A stretch of 63,634 bases of DNA, filler included, from Octopus bimaculoides (GCF_001194135.2; 4 parts of 4 records of this genome joined end to end with filler, not necessarily neighbours in it), one strand, 5' to 3'. Shown: positions 1 to 11,998, counted from the first letter of the whole stretch. A program made the numbers and translations. Notes: generated by a model not told the origin, from the letters alone.

Positions 1-24
1 ACACAGACGTATACATGTGTGTGT

Positions 25-220
25 GTCTGTCTTTGTCTTTATCTCCCACCACTGCTTGACAACCGGTGTTCGCTTGTTTACGCTCCCATAACTTATAGGT
101 TCGGCAAAAGAGACCAATGAAATAAGTACCGGAGTCGATTTGTTCAGCTAAACCCTTCAAGGCAGTGCCCCAGCATGACCGCAGTGCAATGACCGAAACA
201 ACCGAAAAAGAAAATAAAAG
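25..220 (+). mobile_element. SINE family 1 tail module (further tail-only copies listed in evidence)
   Basis: Homologous to the family 1 tail. Other tail-only pieces: ~7370-7545(+), 11345-11550(+), 13255-13305(-), 24325-24525(-), 27185-27410(+), 34581-34620(-), 43315-43503(-), 44115-44330(+). Confidence 0.8.
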
Positions 221-230
221 GCACAGTAAT

Positions 231-605
231 GGCAGTGTGGTAAGTAGCTTGCTTACCAACCATATGGTTCTGGGTTCAGTCCTACTACGTGACACCTTGG
301 GCAAGTGTCTTATACTATAGCTTCGGGCCGACCAAAGACTTGCGTGGACTTGGGAGACGGAAACTGAAAGAAGCCTGTCGTATGTGTGTGTGTATATGTG
401 CGTGTGTGTGTGCGTGCCCCTACCATCGCTTGACAACCGCTGTTGGTGAGTTTACGTCCCCGTAACTTAGCGGCTCGGCCAAAGATACCGATACAGTAAG
501 TACTAGGCTAACTAAGAATAAATCCTGGGGTCGATTTTCTCGACTAAAGGCGGTGCTCCAGCATGGCCGCAGTCAAATGACTGAAACAAGTAAAAGAATA
601 AAAGT
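231..605 (+). mobile_element. SINE family 1, complete: tRNA-like head + internal (TG/TA)n + conserved tail
   Basis: A-box-like GTGTGGTAAG and B-box-like GGTTCAGTCC, body ending GACGGAAACTGAAAGAAGCC, microsatellite, then tail ...AAGGCGGTGCTCCAGCATGGCCGCAGTCAAATGACTGAAACAAGTAAAAG. Other full copies at ~1245-1695, 1897-3030, 26538-27170, 37700-38100. Confidence 0.85.
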
Positions 606-2044
606 ATATATACATATATATACTCGCGCGCGTGTGTGTGATTGTGTATACACAAATATAGTCATACATACATGAGTAACCAGAAATATCTGCAATTATG
701 GAACTGAATGACAATGAAGTGTTGCGTGGGACGAATTGAAATCTTTGTTGCTGTTGTCTTTATTGTGTATTGTCGGTTTATTCTTTTTAATAAAGGCCAC
801 CGTATCTTATTTGTAAGGAAGATGAGAGTATCGCAGTGGCAGGTCGAAACTTATATTCAAAATGTATAAAAACTTATCAATGTCCCTCGACTTCAAAAGG
901 CAAAATGTTTTCATGACTTATAGATGTAGCCTTTGATCTTTAAAAAAAAAAAGCTATGACATTTTTATTCCGCTTGTAATATCGACCTGTAGCATGTTGC
1001 CAATACTTTCAGCGCTTCTATGTAGCAGAGATGAGACAGACATTGTTGTTGCAGTGTTAATAAATAGAGCTCGTCTGTCTGTGTTCTGAGTTCAAATTCC
1101 GCCGAGGTTGACTTTGCTTTTCATCTTTACGGAGTTGATAAAGCAAGTACCAGTTGTGTACTAGATCGATCTAATCGACTGGCCCCTATCCCCCAAAATT
1201 CCGGGCCTTGTACCTAGAGTAGAAAAGTATTAATAAATAGAGCCTCTGGAAAGGGTGCGTGGTTTCTAACCAGGTAGTTTCTGGTTCAGTTCCACTGCGC
1301 AGCTCCTTGAGAAAATGTCTTCCACTTTAACCCCGGATCGAATAATACCTTGTGAATGAAATTGTCAGACGGAAACTGAAAACTCGTCTACATACATACA
1401 CACACATACACATACATACACACACATACACATACATACATACATACACACACACATACGCACTCATACACACATTTATGTACATGTGTGTGTTTGTCTG
1501 TTTGTCTCCACCACCGTTTGACAACTGCTGTCGGTTTGCTTATGTCCCACTAAGTAGTTCACGAAAAGAGGCCGACAAAAAAACACAAGACTTGGAAGAA
1601 TAAATATTGGTATCCATTTGTTCTACCAAAACCCCTTCAGGGCGCTGACCCAGCATGGCCACAGTCCAATGACCGAAACAAGCAATAGATGAAATATACT
1701 GACCTGCCCTCCCCCGTATGCAGTTACTTAAAAGAGAAAAGATAGGCTGGTCTAGATATTATTGAATGTCATCTGTAATATAAGAAGTAAATGCAAATTG
1801 CTCTTATATTGAATGTAAAGCTGCTTCGCGCTTTGTTTCAAGATATTCAGTTACAGGATTGTTTAGTGGGTCAACGGAGCAATCTAAATACACATGAGTC
1901 GCTGTATGGTTAGTAGCTTGCTTACCAACCACACGGTTCCGGGTTCAGTCCCACTGCATGGCACCTTGGGCAAGTGTCTTCTACTACAGCTTTGTGTTGA
2001 CCAAAGTCCTGTGAGTGAAAGAAGTCCGTCGTATATATATATAT

Positions 2045-2441
2045 AAAGATCGCCACAATCCAGCAGATGAACTACAGGGAACGACTGCAGGCACTAGGTC
2101 TCTACTCCCTGTAACGCAGGTGGGAGAGATATGTAATAATATACATATGGAAAATACTGGAAGGACTGGTGCCGAACTTTGGCATCAAGTACTACAGGAA
2201 TGCCCGCACGGGTCGCCACTGCATGGTGCCAAAGGTGCCGTCCACTGCATCTCACATAAGAACAAGATACTGCAGCAGCCTCGGTTTCAGAGGACCTCAG
2301 CTCTTCAATGCCCTGCCAAAACATTTGAGAGACCTGCAAGACACGGATGTGGAGGTCTTCAAGACAAAACTTGACGCTTTCCTCTCCACGATACCAGACG
2401 AACCAATGGCTCGAAATGAGACACAGTTTAGGGCAGCGATG
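2045..2441 (+). mobile_element. CR1-group LINE ORF2 C-terminal fragment, nested in the (TA)n of a family 1 SINE
   Basis: Translates QMNYRERLQALGLYSL*RRWERYVIIYIWKILEG...LFNALPKHLRDLQDTDVEVFKTKLDAFLSTIPDEP, matching the CR1-type YxERLxxLxLxSLxxRR C-terminal motif. Runs into an N gap. Confidence 0.8.
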
Positions 2442-2747
2442 NNNNNNNNNNNNNNNNNNNNNNNNNNNNNNNNNNNNNNNNNNNNNNNNNNNNNNNNNNN
2501 NNNNNNNNNNNNNNNNNNNNNNNNNNNNNNNNNNNNNNNNNNNNNNNNNNNNNNNNNNNNNNNNNNNNNNNNNNNNNNNNNNNNNNNNNNNNNNNNNNNN
2601 NNNNNNNNNNNNNNNNNNNNNNNNNNNNNNNNNNNNNNNNNNNNNNNNNNNNNNNNNNNNNNNNNNNNNNNNNNNNNNNNNNNNNNNNNNNNNNNNNNNN
2701 NNNNNNNNNNNNNNNNNNNNNNNNNNNNNNNNNNNNNNNNNNNNNNN

Positions 2748-2797
<50 letters not shown>

Positions 2798-3185
2798 CAT
2801 ATATTATATTAATAATATATATATATATATACACACATATATATACATTATATATGTGTATGTGTGTGTCTGTCCCCCACCCCATCACTTGACAATCAAT
2901 GCTGGTGTGCTTACGTCCCCGTCACATAGGCTTACAAAGAATAAGTCCAGGGGTCGATTTATACGACTAAAGGCGGTGCTCCAGCATGGCCGCAGTCAAA
3001 TGACTGAAACAAATAAAAGAGTAAAAGAGAGTACAAGTTCTATAATCCAGATATGATAAAACAAAAGACTTGTATAAAATATATCAAGGCAAATTGAGTG
3101 AATTTATGCGATTTTTTATGTGTTTTGAGAATAAATAATCCTCAACATGGGACATGGCTGGGTACTTCTGCTGGAATATATGTAA

Positions 3186-3360
3186 GTAATCCCTCGACTA
3201 TCACCCACCTGCGATAGGTGAAAATCCACAAAGTATAAACAATACTGTACTGTATTGTTTTTTAAAATTATTTTTATAATTTGTATATATTTATTATATT
3301 ATAAATACAAAACAACATCACAAAGGAATCAACGCAAGCTTAAATAATAAACTGCTATAT
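3186..3360 (+). mobile_element. Degenerate Tigger/pogo-like MITE (same family as 43645-43863)
   Basis: Shares ATCCCTCGACTATC...CCTGCGATAGGTGAAAATCC...GGAATC..CG..GCTTAAATAA with the complete copy at 43.6 kb. Confidence 0.7.
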
Positions 3361-3409
3361 GGCGAAAGATTACAGTATACACACACACACATATAATTGA
3401 ACCAAATTC

Positions 3410-3750
3410 GATGACTGGCACCTGTGCCAGTGGAGTGCTAACAGTACCTGTCTGAGCGTGATCATTGCCAGAGCAGCTGTCTGGCTTCCGTGCCGGTGGC
3501 ACGTAAATAGCAATATTTGAGCGTGATCGTTACCAGCGTCGCCTTACTGGCACTTGTGCTGGTGGCACGTGAAAAAAACATTCGAGGGAGGTCGTTGCCA
3601 GTGCCGCTGAACTGGCTCCTGTGCAGGTGGCACGTAAAAAAATACCATTTTGAGCATGGCCGTTGCCAGTACTGCCTGACTGGCCCTTGTGCCAGTGGCA
3701 CGTAAAAGCACACACCCACTACACTCTCTGAGTGGTTGGCATTAGGAAGG
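3410..3750 (+). repeat. SINE family 3 segment with ~66-bp tandem units (core GGTGGCACGTAAAA)
   Basis: Core motif at 3495, 3561, 3626, 3694 (spacing 66/65/68), then AAGCAC..CCACTACACTCTC. Related (GAT)n-tailed 3' ends at ~4815-4915(-), 6045-6300(+), 20080-20160(+). Confidence 0.7.
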
Positions 3751-3759
3751 CAACATGAA

Positions 3760-4813
3760 TAATATATGAATATAAAGGCAACAACGCAACAAAAAGTGCA
3801 AGGAATATTAATGCAGTATATGGGGATCGGACAATAAGTGTAAGCCAGTGTCAATGGTGGTCCCAGAAATTTTGAGCCAGAAACTACAGCCTAGACAATG
3901 AACCTCATTCTGGAAAATTTGTAGAGCTTGACAAGGACGTTCTGCAAATCCTGGTAGAACAAAATCCCTTTATAACTTTTGAGGAACTAGCAGAGAAGCT
4001 TGAATTTGGTCATTCAACCATTCATCAACACCTGCATACCATTGGAAAAATCAGCAAATTGGGTCAGTGGGTTCCTCACAAAATTTTCAAGTCTAATCGC
4101 GCCCAGTGAGTGAATGTGCAGTTTTCTTTGCTGTCATGTCTCTCATGAATGAACCTTTTTGGGACTGAATAGTGACTGGTGGCGAAAAATGGGTTCTCTA
4201 TAAAAATGTCAAGCACTGAAGACAGTGGGTAGGAAAAGGAGAAACACTGGTACATGTCTTCACCCATATAAGGCATTATATCTGTTTGGTGGGATATGAA
4301 AGGTTTAGTGCACTTTGAACTTTTAAACCCAAGCCAAACGATAACAAAGGAGATCTACTGCAAGCAGTGTGAGTGGCTTCAGTCAGTGCCAGAAGAAAAA
4401 CAGCCATCTTTGGTTTCAAGACAAAAGGTGTTCTTCCATCACAATAATACTCAGCCACATACAGCAAGGATGACATTCCAAAGGCTGAAGTAATTTGAAT
4501 GGGAAACGATGCCCCACCCACCATATTCACTGGACATTACCCCTTCTGATTATCATTTATTCCGCAGTTTTCAAAATCATTTAGACAGAAAAAATATGAG
4601 TTCTGTAGATGAGATCAGAACAGTACTGGAGGAGAATTTTTCATCACAGACAAATGAATTTTGGAAGAGGGGCCTTGCAAGTCTACCAGATAGATGGAAG
4701 ATTATTGTAGAAAATGAAGGAGAGTATATTTTAGATTAAAAAAGTACTTTGTTTACCTTAATTTTGAAAAATAAAAGTATAAAAAAACTGCATTATTTAT
4801 GGGATGACCCCGA
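3760..4813 (+). mobile_element. Mariner (DD34D, Mos1/Hsmar1-like) transposon, 5'-truncated, dead transposase
   Basis: Remnant motifs WVPH, VTGGEKW, HHNNTQPH, PHPPYSLDITPSDYHLF...ENEGEYILD with stops and frameshifts. Right TIR GCATTATTTATGGGATGACCC followed by TA. Confidence 0.92.
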
Positions 4814-7549
4814 TATCATCATCATCATCATCATCATCGTTTAACATCCGCTTTCCATGCTAGCATGGGTTGGACGATTTGACTGAGGACTGGCAAGCCA
4901 GAAGGCTACACCATCACCGCTGCCACGACGACGACAACGACGACGACGACGACGACCACCACCACCACCACCACCACCACTACCATCATTGTCGTCATCG
5001 TCGTCATCATCATAGTTGTCTCGTCATTGACATCATCATCATCATGGTGTTGAGCTAGCTGAATCATTAACATGCCAGAGAAAATACTTATAGGCATTTC
5101 ACCCAATTTCATGGATTAAGTCCTTTGGCAGTTTTGCTGATTTGAGTAAGTTGGTAGAAGGTAAAAAAATAATAAATAAATTGGTCAATAATTATATAAA
5201 AAAATTTTTTTTTAATCTCTTCCCTGTATACGGTAGTAATCAAATCATAGCATCCCTTCATTCTTTCTTCTTACAGGAATCATCCAACCATAGACATCGT
5301 GACTGACCATTCAACCATCACATACAGGGACCTCAAAACATCCTTCAATGAGGGCATGACATCTTAGTTTTGTTTGACAGACAATTACGACTAATATGAA
5401 AGAAACATTCTCTACCCCACCGCTCCTCTCTTCTACATACGAACAATACACAAATAAACAAAAAAAATCACTAGAGATATTAAACTTTGTAATCTACACT
5501 GATCTCCCATGTTAACCGGGTATAGGCTTATCAAAACTGCATTCCAAAAGTACAGAAAACACTTTAGTCCTTGAGAGAATTTGACTAAAACCTTCATAAA
5601 AGTACAACTCACATATTTGTGATGGTGTTGTTGTTGTTGTTATGTGTTGTGTAGATGTAATCTAGGATGGTTACATGTGTTGCCATGCATAAAATCTTTC
5701 TAAGATCCAAGATAATAATCAATAACGTAAGCACAAGACCAGAAGTTTAGTAGGGAGGCACAGTTCATCAAATCTACCCCAGTACTTGACTGGGGTTTTA
5801 TTTTCACTGACCTTGGAAGAATGAAGTCAAAATTCACCCCAAATGGATTTGAGCTGAGAATGCAAAGAGCCAGAACATATAAATACAAGCTATTATATTT
5901 AGCACTTTACCAATTCTGATAATCTCGAAGATGATTACTATGGAAACGGTCAGTATCACTCTCGAAATGTGCTGTTTCTTCTATCTGACCCTTTTATCGC
6001 AACAGCAACTTCTACCGAGTCCTTGTAATAACTAAGTTTACTGGCGCTGATGCCAAGCAAATAGCACCCAGTACATTCTGTAAAGTGGCTGGCATTTGGA
6101 AGGACATCTAGACTTAGAAACCATTCCAAAGCAGACTATGGAGTCTGGTGTGACCCCCCCTACCACCACTACAGCCTTACTGGCTCTGTCAAACCATCCA
6201 ACTCATACCAGCATGGAAAACAGACGTTAAATAATGCCAACAATGATGATGATGATGACAATGATGATGATGATGACAATGATGATGATGATGACAATGA
6301 TTTCAACCACTCAAATCCACTCAATACATGTCACCTTCTTCATCTTCTCTCATCATCTTTATCAAACTCTTTACCCTTCCATTCTTCAACAGAACCAAAG
6401 TCCTTTGCTATTATTATCATTCTACTCCCATTTTTCCTGTAAATGACAAACATCAGGGGTTCCAAGTCAACATCAATTTCACTAATTTGAGAAAGTTTCC
6501 CAAGGTCACAAGCCTTACCCTTTCTTCTCTCAATAATTAAAACACAAATAAAACAAGTTGCAACAACAACAATGGTACCTGGCTGCTATTTCAGTTCAGT
6601 TGCACTTAATTGTTCTCATAAATTACCATTTTACAAAATAATAATAATAAAAAAACTATCATATTGATACCAACCCATCTGAGACCACCCCAGTACATAT
6701 GATAGAAACTTCTTGTTTTAAAATGAACTAAATTAAAACCTAATAAAATTTCATGTGATTCAAAGTTAACTCTTTTGATACCAGTCCTGAAATATGGTAA
6801 CATAAGTGTTAAAGGTCTCCACAAGTTATGCAGATAGTGCTTGGTTCAACATTTTAGTTTTAAGTAGACTATCCCATCCTGGGATAGTTGGGGGCCAAAC
6901 TTTCAAATCTGATGCCTTTCCAAATAAATGAATAAATAAATAAATTACATTAAATTAAGTTTCTGGTCAAGTAAAGAAAAAAGAACCTCGATAGGAGGAA
7001 TGAAGGCTTTATATACTTGGATCATACCATTTTGCAGTGTAACGCTTCAGGCCTTCATTCCTCCTCTCGAGGCTCTTTTTCTTTTCTTTGCTTTTATTTT
7101 ATGCATTTGTCTTCACTTTTATGAAGCTCCATGTTCCAGACCGGATGTGTTATAAAATATGATGAATATTATTCTCAGAATTTTCTTTGGCAACACTGTG
7201 AGACATTGGAAGCAGAAACGGCTGTTAGATGGGATAAAGTTTTGTATTAAAAAATAATAATTGATGGTAGTAAATTGTTGTTGATCAAGATTTCTCCATT
7301 TTCTGTTTGATATATATGTGTATATATATATATTTATATATATATATAATGTATGTATATATACATGTCTTTGTGCCTGTGTTTGTCCTCCATTGCTGCT
7401 CAACAACCAGTGTTGATGTGTTTACAATCCTGTAACTTAGTAGTTTGGCAAAATAGAGAGAGAGAATATGTACCAGGCTTAAAAATTAAGTCCTGGGGTT
7501 GATTCATTTGACTATAAAGATTCTTCAAGGTAGTGGCAGACAAACACAG

Positions 7550-7584
<35 letters not shown>

Positions 7585-7586
<2 letters not shown>

Positions 7587-7750
7587 TAGTTGATGGGCTT
7601 CTTTCGGTTTCCATCTACTAAATCCACTTACAAGGCTGTGGTCAGCCCAAGACAATCGTAGAAGACACTTGCACAAGGTGTCACACAGGAGGACTGAACC
7701 TAGAACCATGTGGTTAGGAAGCAAGCTTCTAACCACAGCCACTCCTAGGC
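7585..7750 (-). mobile_element. SINE family 1 head module (further head-only copies listed in evidence)
   Basis: Reverse complement of the tRNA-like head. Other head-only pieces: ~11570-11730(-), 39268-39420(-), 48900-49010(+), 55190-55335(+), 58512-58672(-). Confidence 0.8.
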
Positions 7751-9410
7751 AAATAGTACTGGTTTAGCAGAGCACAATACCATGTTTTTAGTGAAAGGAA
7801 TTTGTGATGTTGCAGTGGGAAAGAAGATCAATGATTCCAGAGAAGAGGAATAGTTTAATCAGTCCCATCTGTCTTTATTCATGGAAGGTCAATCCCCTGC
7901 TCTTTGATTCTATAATAGATAATGGATGTCAAAGACAGAAAATAAGGTCGTGACTCACCAAACAATTTCTTTATGCCATCCCTAAATTCTTTCATCTGGT
8001 ATGTTTAGCAATTTCCTGAAACATCCCTCGGTAATTTATTATGGCACTCCTCTCACTAGCTTTATATGGAACTATTAATTACTAACATTGACATTTTAGA
8101 GTATTATAAAGCTCCTTTACATGCACTGACAGTCACTACTTTAACTTTTTTTCACAACCATACTGTTGAAATATACTGCTTATGTGTATCAAATAATTTT
8201 TAAAATAATGAAGAATTTGGAGAAATTTTAGTGTTTGAGACTTAACTTTACAAAAAGATCTCACAGAAAATTATGATGAGAGGTGTTTTTTTCCCCCCTG
8301 TTGAAATACAATGTTTTTGTTTTTCATTAATTTTGTAAATAATGAAGAATTTCATAAAATAACTTTACTGTTATTAAGCTGGTGTAACAGGGATTTGAAA
8401 CCCAACCACTAAATACTTAATCACACACCACAAGCGAACCACCACAATTTCACCTGATCATTCTATAAATTGACCAATGAGGGTGAGGCTGTGGCGTGAA
8501 TTGGTTTTCTTGAATTGACTTTTCATCACATAAAACTGTTTTATAAATACTGCTTTGACACTGTAATTCTTGGCAGACTGACTCACATGCTTCTAATCTT
8601 ACCATGCAGATGGCCATTGTATTGCTGATGTTACAGATTACTTCAGAGATTTGTGCAGATGACTTCACGTATTTTTTAATTGGTTGCATGATGTCACACA
8701 GATTAGCTTTCTGCATTTTCAAGGCAGTTTTTTCTCCTCTTATTCAGCAATCATTCATATTCTTCATTATAAGTCGCTAACACCAAATATATTTATGTCC
8801 AGTAATAAATATTACTCTTTTACTTGTTTCGGTCAATTTTAAAATTTGGCACATTAATGTAGTTTTCCAAGCTGAATTGCCGGAGTTATTTCACTTTTTC
8901 CAGAAAAATGTTTTTAAAATGTTATAGAGGTTTAAAATTTGATCCTTTTCACCCATTCAGGAAACAGGATTTAGGAGCTGTCATTTTGTGCATTGACTGC
9001 ACATTTTGTCAACATCCTGTTATTATATGAAACCATAATCAAATGAGTTACACATGACATATAACCCCTCATAGCTTTTTAAAATCTTTTTGAATTTTCA
9101 GAAAATTTTTGCGAATTTGTATACTACATGCAGGACTTCATACAATTATGGAAAAAAAAATTGTTGGGGGTGTGTGATTTAAAGTCTATTTAGCTGTTAT
9201 TTTTAGCACACCTCACAACCACCTCAATGACTAAAAACAAGTAAACAACACATATTTTGTAGTTTTAAGCATTTAATATGCATTTAATGTGATAAACAAG
9301 ATATTACAAATTAAATATTTCTCAAAATAAGAAACTTATTACACAAGCTTTAAAAAATTATCCAAAAGCAAACTGGCACATTACAAATTAGACATTTTTA
9401 AAAAAACAAG

Positions 9411-9872
9411 CATCTCAACAATCTTCCCAGGACCACCAACCTTAATTGGATAACAGATCGAGTCCTCCGCACATACTTCCCTAACATAGCTGTTATATTT
9501 AACAGCTGCACAATGGCTCACTCCCAGTTCTTCAACAAAAAACCAGACTGATGTCAATTCCTTAATTCATGAGAAAAGGAAAAGCACTATGGTCCTTAGA
9601 GGAAGGGTGCCACCTTCAAACAATGTGTCTTACCTCACTGACATAGACTCCATGCATCCTTGGCTCAAGCACTGCCAATGCATATTTTCACTATGTTTTC
9701 TTGTACTCATAAAATGCTTCTTCATTTTGTATAATTTTCTTTTCGGTATAAAACCCTTTTCTTGCAAGTATGGAACTGCATCTTCCTCTGGTGCATGATT
9801 TAAGGCCTGTTTGGCTGCTATGTTTAGCACATATGACAACCATCTCAATGACTGGAACATATGAGTTAACAC
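9411..9872 (-). pseudogene. Merlin (IS1595/ISXO2-like) transposase N-terminal remnant
   Basis: One frame with two stops: EEDAVPYLQEKGFIP...HWQCLSQGCMESMSVR*DTLFEG..LPLRTIV...ELGVSHCAAVKYNSYVREVC...KVGGPGKIVEM. GGPGKIVE matches the motif preceding the first catalytic Asp of IS1595/Merlin transposases. Confidence 0.8.
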
Positions 9873-9971
9873 GTGCTTTCACATAGACAAAAGAGTTCTC
9901 ATGTTCAGGTTGTTACTATGGAAACGGGCATGAATGTGTCTGTGGCTTACAATTGGTTAAAATTACCCAAA

Positions 9972-10602
9972 ACTTTCAAACTTTAAAAGTTTTCAACAGT
10001 GATTTAGAATCGACATCTAACAAGGCCAAGCTACTCCAGATGGATGAAGGGCAATTACCCTGAAACTAGTCTCTGGGTGCTGGCTTTGTTGGGTGGAGGT
10101 GCTAATCTCCCCTGTTTGAAGACTTAAGGACACAGAACACTTGTGTCACGTAGCCAACTAGAAACAGTGTTTCTTGGTGTTAAATAATAGTAACATTCTT
10201 CCTTTTCCTGGGACTGCTGTATTAAGTTGGCAACAAACCATCACTTTATTGTGCTGCTATTGCATAACCCTGAGTGATTTAGAAATGTGATATTTCTATT
10301 TTTGTAGATCAGTGAATGTATTTCACTTGAAATTCTATAAGTTTTCAACAGTGGTTTAGCATCAACATCTAGCAAGGCCAAGCTACTCCAGATGGATGAA
10401 GGGCAATTACCCTGAAACTAGTCTCTGGATACTGGCTTTGTTGGGTGGAGGTGCTTATCTCCTCTGTTTGAAAACTTAAGGACACAGAATGCTTGTGTCG
10501 CGTAGCCAACTAGAAACAGTGTTTTTTGGGGCTAGATAACAGTAACATTCTTCCTTTTCCTGGGACTGCTACATTAAGTTGGCAACAAGCCAGCACTCTA
10601 TT
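9972..10602 (+). repeat. ~1.8 tandem copies of a 352-bp unit, each with a hammerhead-like fold
   Basis: AAGTTTTCAACAGT at 9987 and 10339; GTC at 10069-10071 and 10421-10423 (offset 352). Confidence 0.9.
10019..10093 (+). ncRNA. Putative minimal type I hammerhead ribozyme, variant core (second copy ~10371-10445)
   Basis: CCAGA / TGGATGA / AGGG-CAATTA-CCCT / GAAAC-TA-GTC / TCTGG, with extended helix I (AACAAGGCC..AGC vs GCTGGCTTTGTT). Core deviates from CUGAUGA at positions 3 and 4. Confidence 0.6.
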
Positions 10603-11299
10603 GATTTATGGCAAAAATGAATTTTATGGTATACATTAGTGTATAAAAGTGTATCATTGCTCTGAATATGAAATCAATTCAAAAGGAAATTGACGCTGGC
10701 AACCAAACAGAAAGGATCCCACTTTTGCATAAGTACATTAACATCACCTGACAGGGTTCCTTAATAACCTTTTTTAAAAAGTAAATTAAANNNNNNNNNN
10801 NNNNNNNNNNNNNNNNNNNNNNNNNNNNNNNNNNNNNNNNNNNNNNNNNNNNNNNNNNNNNNNNNNNNNNNNNNNNNNNNNNNNNNNNNNNNNNNNNNNN
10901 NNNNNNNNNNNNNNNNNNNNNNNNNNNNNNNNNNNNNNNNNNNNNNNNNNNNNNNNNNNNNNNNNNNNNNNNNNNNNNNNNNNNNNNNNNNNNNNNNNNN
11001 NNNNNNNNNNNNNNNNNNNNNNNNNNNNNNNNNNNNNNNNNNNNNNNNNNNNNNNNNNNNNNNNNNNNNNNNNNNNNNNNNNNNNNNNNNNNNNNNNNNN
11101 NNNNNNNNNNNNNNNNNNNNNNNNNNNNNNNNNNNNNNNNNNNNNNNNNNNNNNNNNNNNNNNNNNNNNNNNNNNNNNNNNNNNNNNNNNNNNNNNNNNN
11201 NNNNNNNNNNNNNNNNNNNNNNNNNNNNNNNNNNNNNNNNNNNNNNNNNNNNNNNNNNNNNNNNNNNNNNNNNNNNNNNNNNNNNNNNNNNNNNNNNNN

Positions 11300-11332
<33 letters not shown>

Positions 11333-11744
11333 GTATATGTATATGTTTGAGTGTTTGTGTGTCTGTGTCCCCTAACATCGCTTGACAACCAATGCTGGTA
11401 TGTTTACGTCCCTGTAATTTAGCGGTTCGCCAAAAGAGACCAATGGAATAAGTACTAGGCTCACAAAGAATAAATCCTGGGATCGATTTGCTCGACTAAA
11501 AGCGGTGCTCCAGCATGGCCGCAGTCAAACGACTGACACAGATAAAAGAATATATATATATATATATGTGTGACGGACTTTCAGTTTCCGTCCACCAAAT
11601 CCATCGACAAGGGTTTGGTCAGCCTGAGGCTACAGCGGAAGGCACTTACCCAAAATGTCACGCAATGGGACTGAGCTCGGATCTAATATGGCCCAGAAGC
11701 AAGCTTCTTACCACATAGCTACACCTGCACTAAGAAGAAATCGA

Positions 11745-11998
11745 ATCCAGGTTAAAAAAAAAAAAAACTGGTAAAAAAAAAGTCACATGAAAAACAGTTA
11801 CCGTAATAAAATCACATAGGTTTTGTCCCGGGGTGGGGTTGTACTAGGGGTGTTTTGTCCGGATCCCATAAATTAATTGTGACTTTTTCCTTGCCAAAAT
11901 TGTGACTTTATTACCGTGCCTTTTTTCCCTCTAACTTAATTACCGGCCACCACAAATTAATTGTGACTTCATTTTCTGTTACTTTATTACCGGTCACC
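11745..11998. mobile_element. Palindromic MITE-like repeat built from AAGTCAC/GTGACTT subrepeats (second copy ~16027-16180)
   Basis: Both loci share AAAAAAGTCAC..TAATAAA.TCAC...TTTGTC..GATCCCAT..ATTAATTG.GACTTTTTCCT.GCCAAAATTGT.ACTT...TTATT...GGTCACC. Confidence 0.6.

Noticed and set aside
3493-3710. Repeat-spacer-like array
   Set aside because: The 'spacers' are homologous to each other, there are no cas genes and the context is animal. It is a tandem repeat within a SINE-like element, not CRISPR.
8831-9967. Merlin TIR pair
   Set aside because: Only loose similarity, no TSD, and the left end overlaps a SINE-tail remnant.
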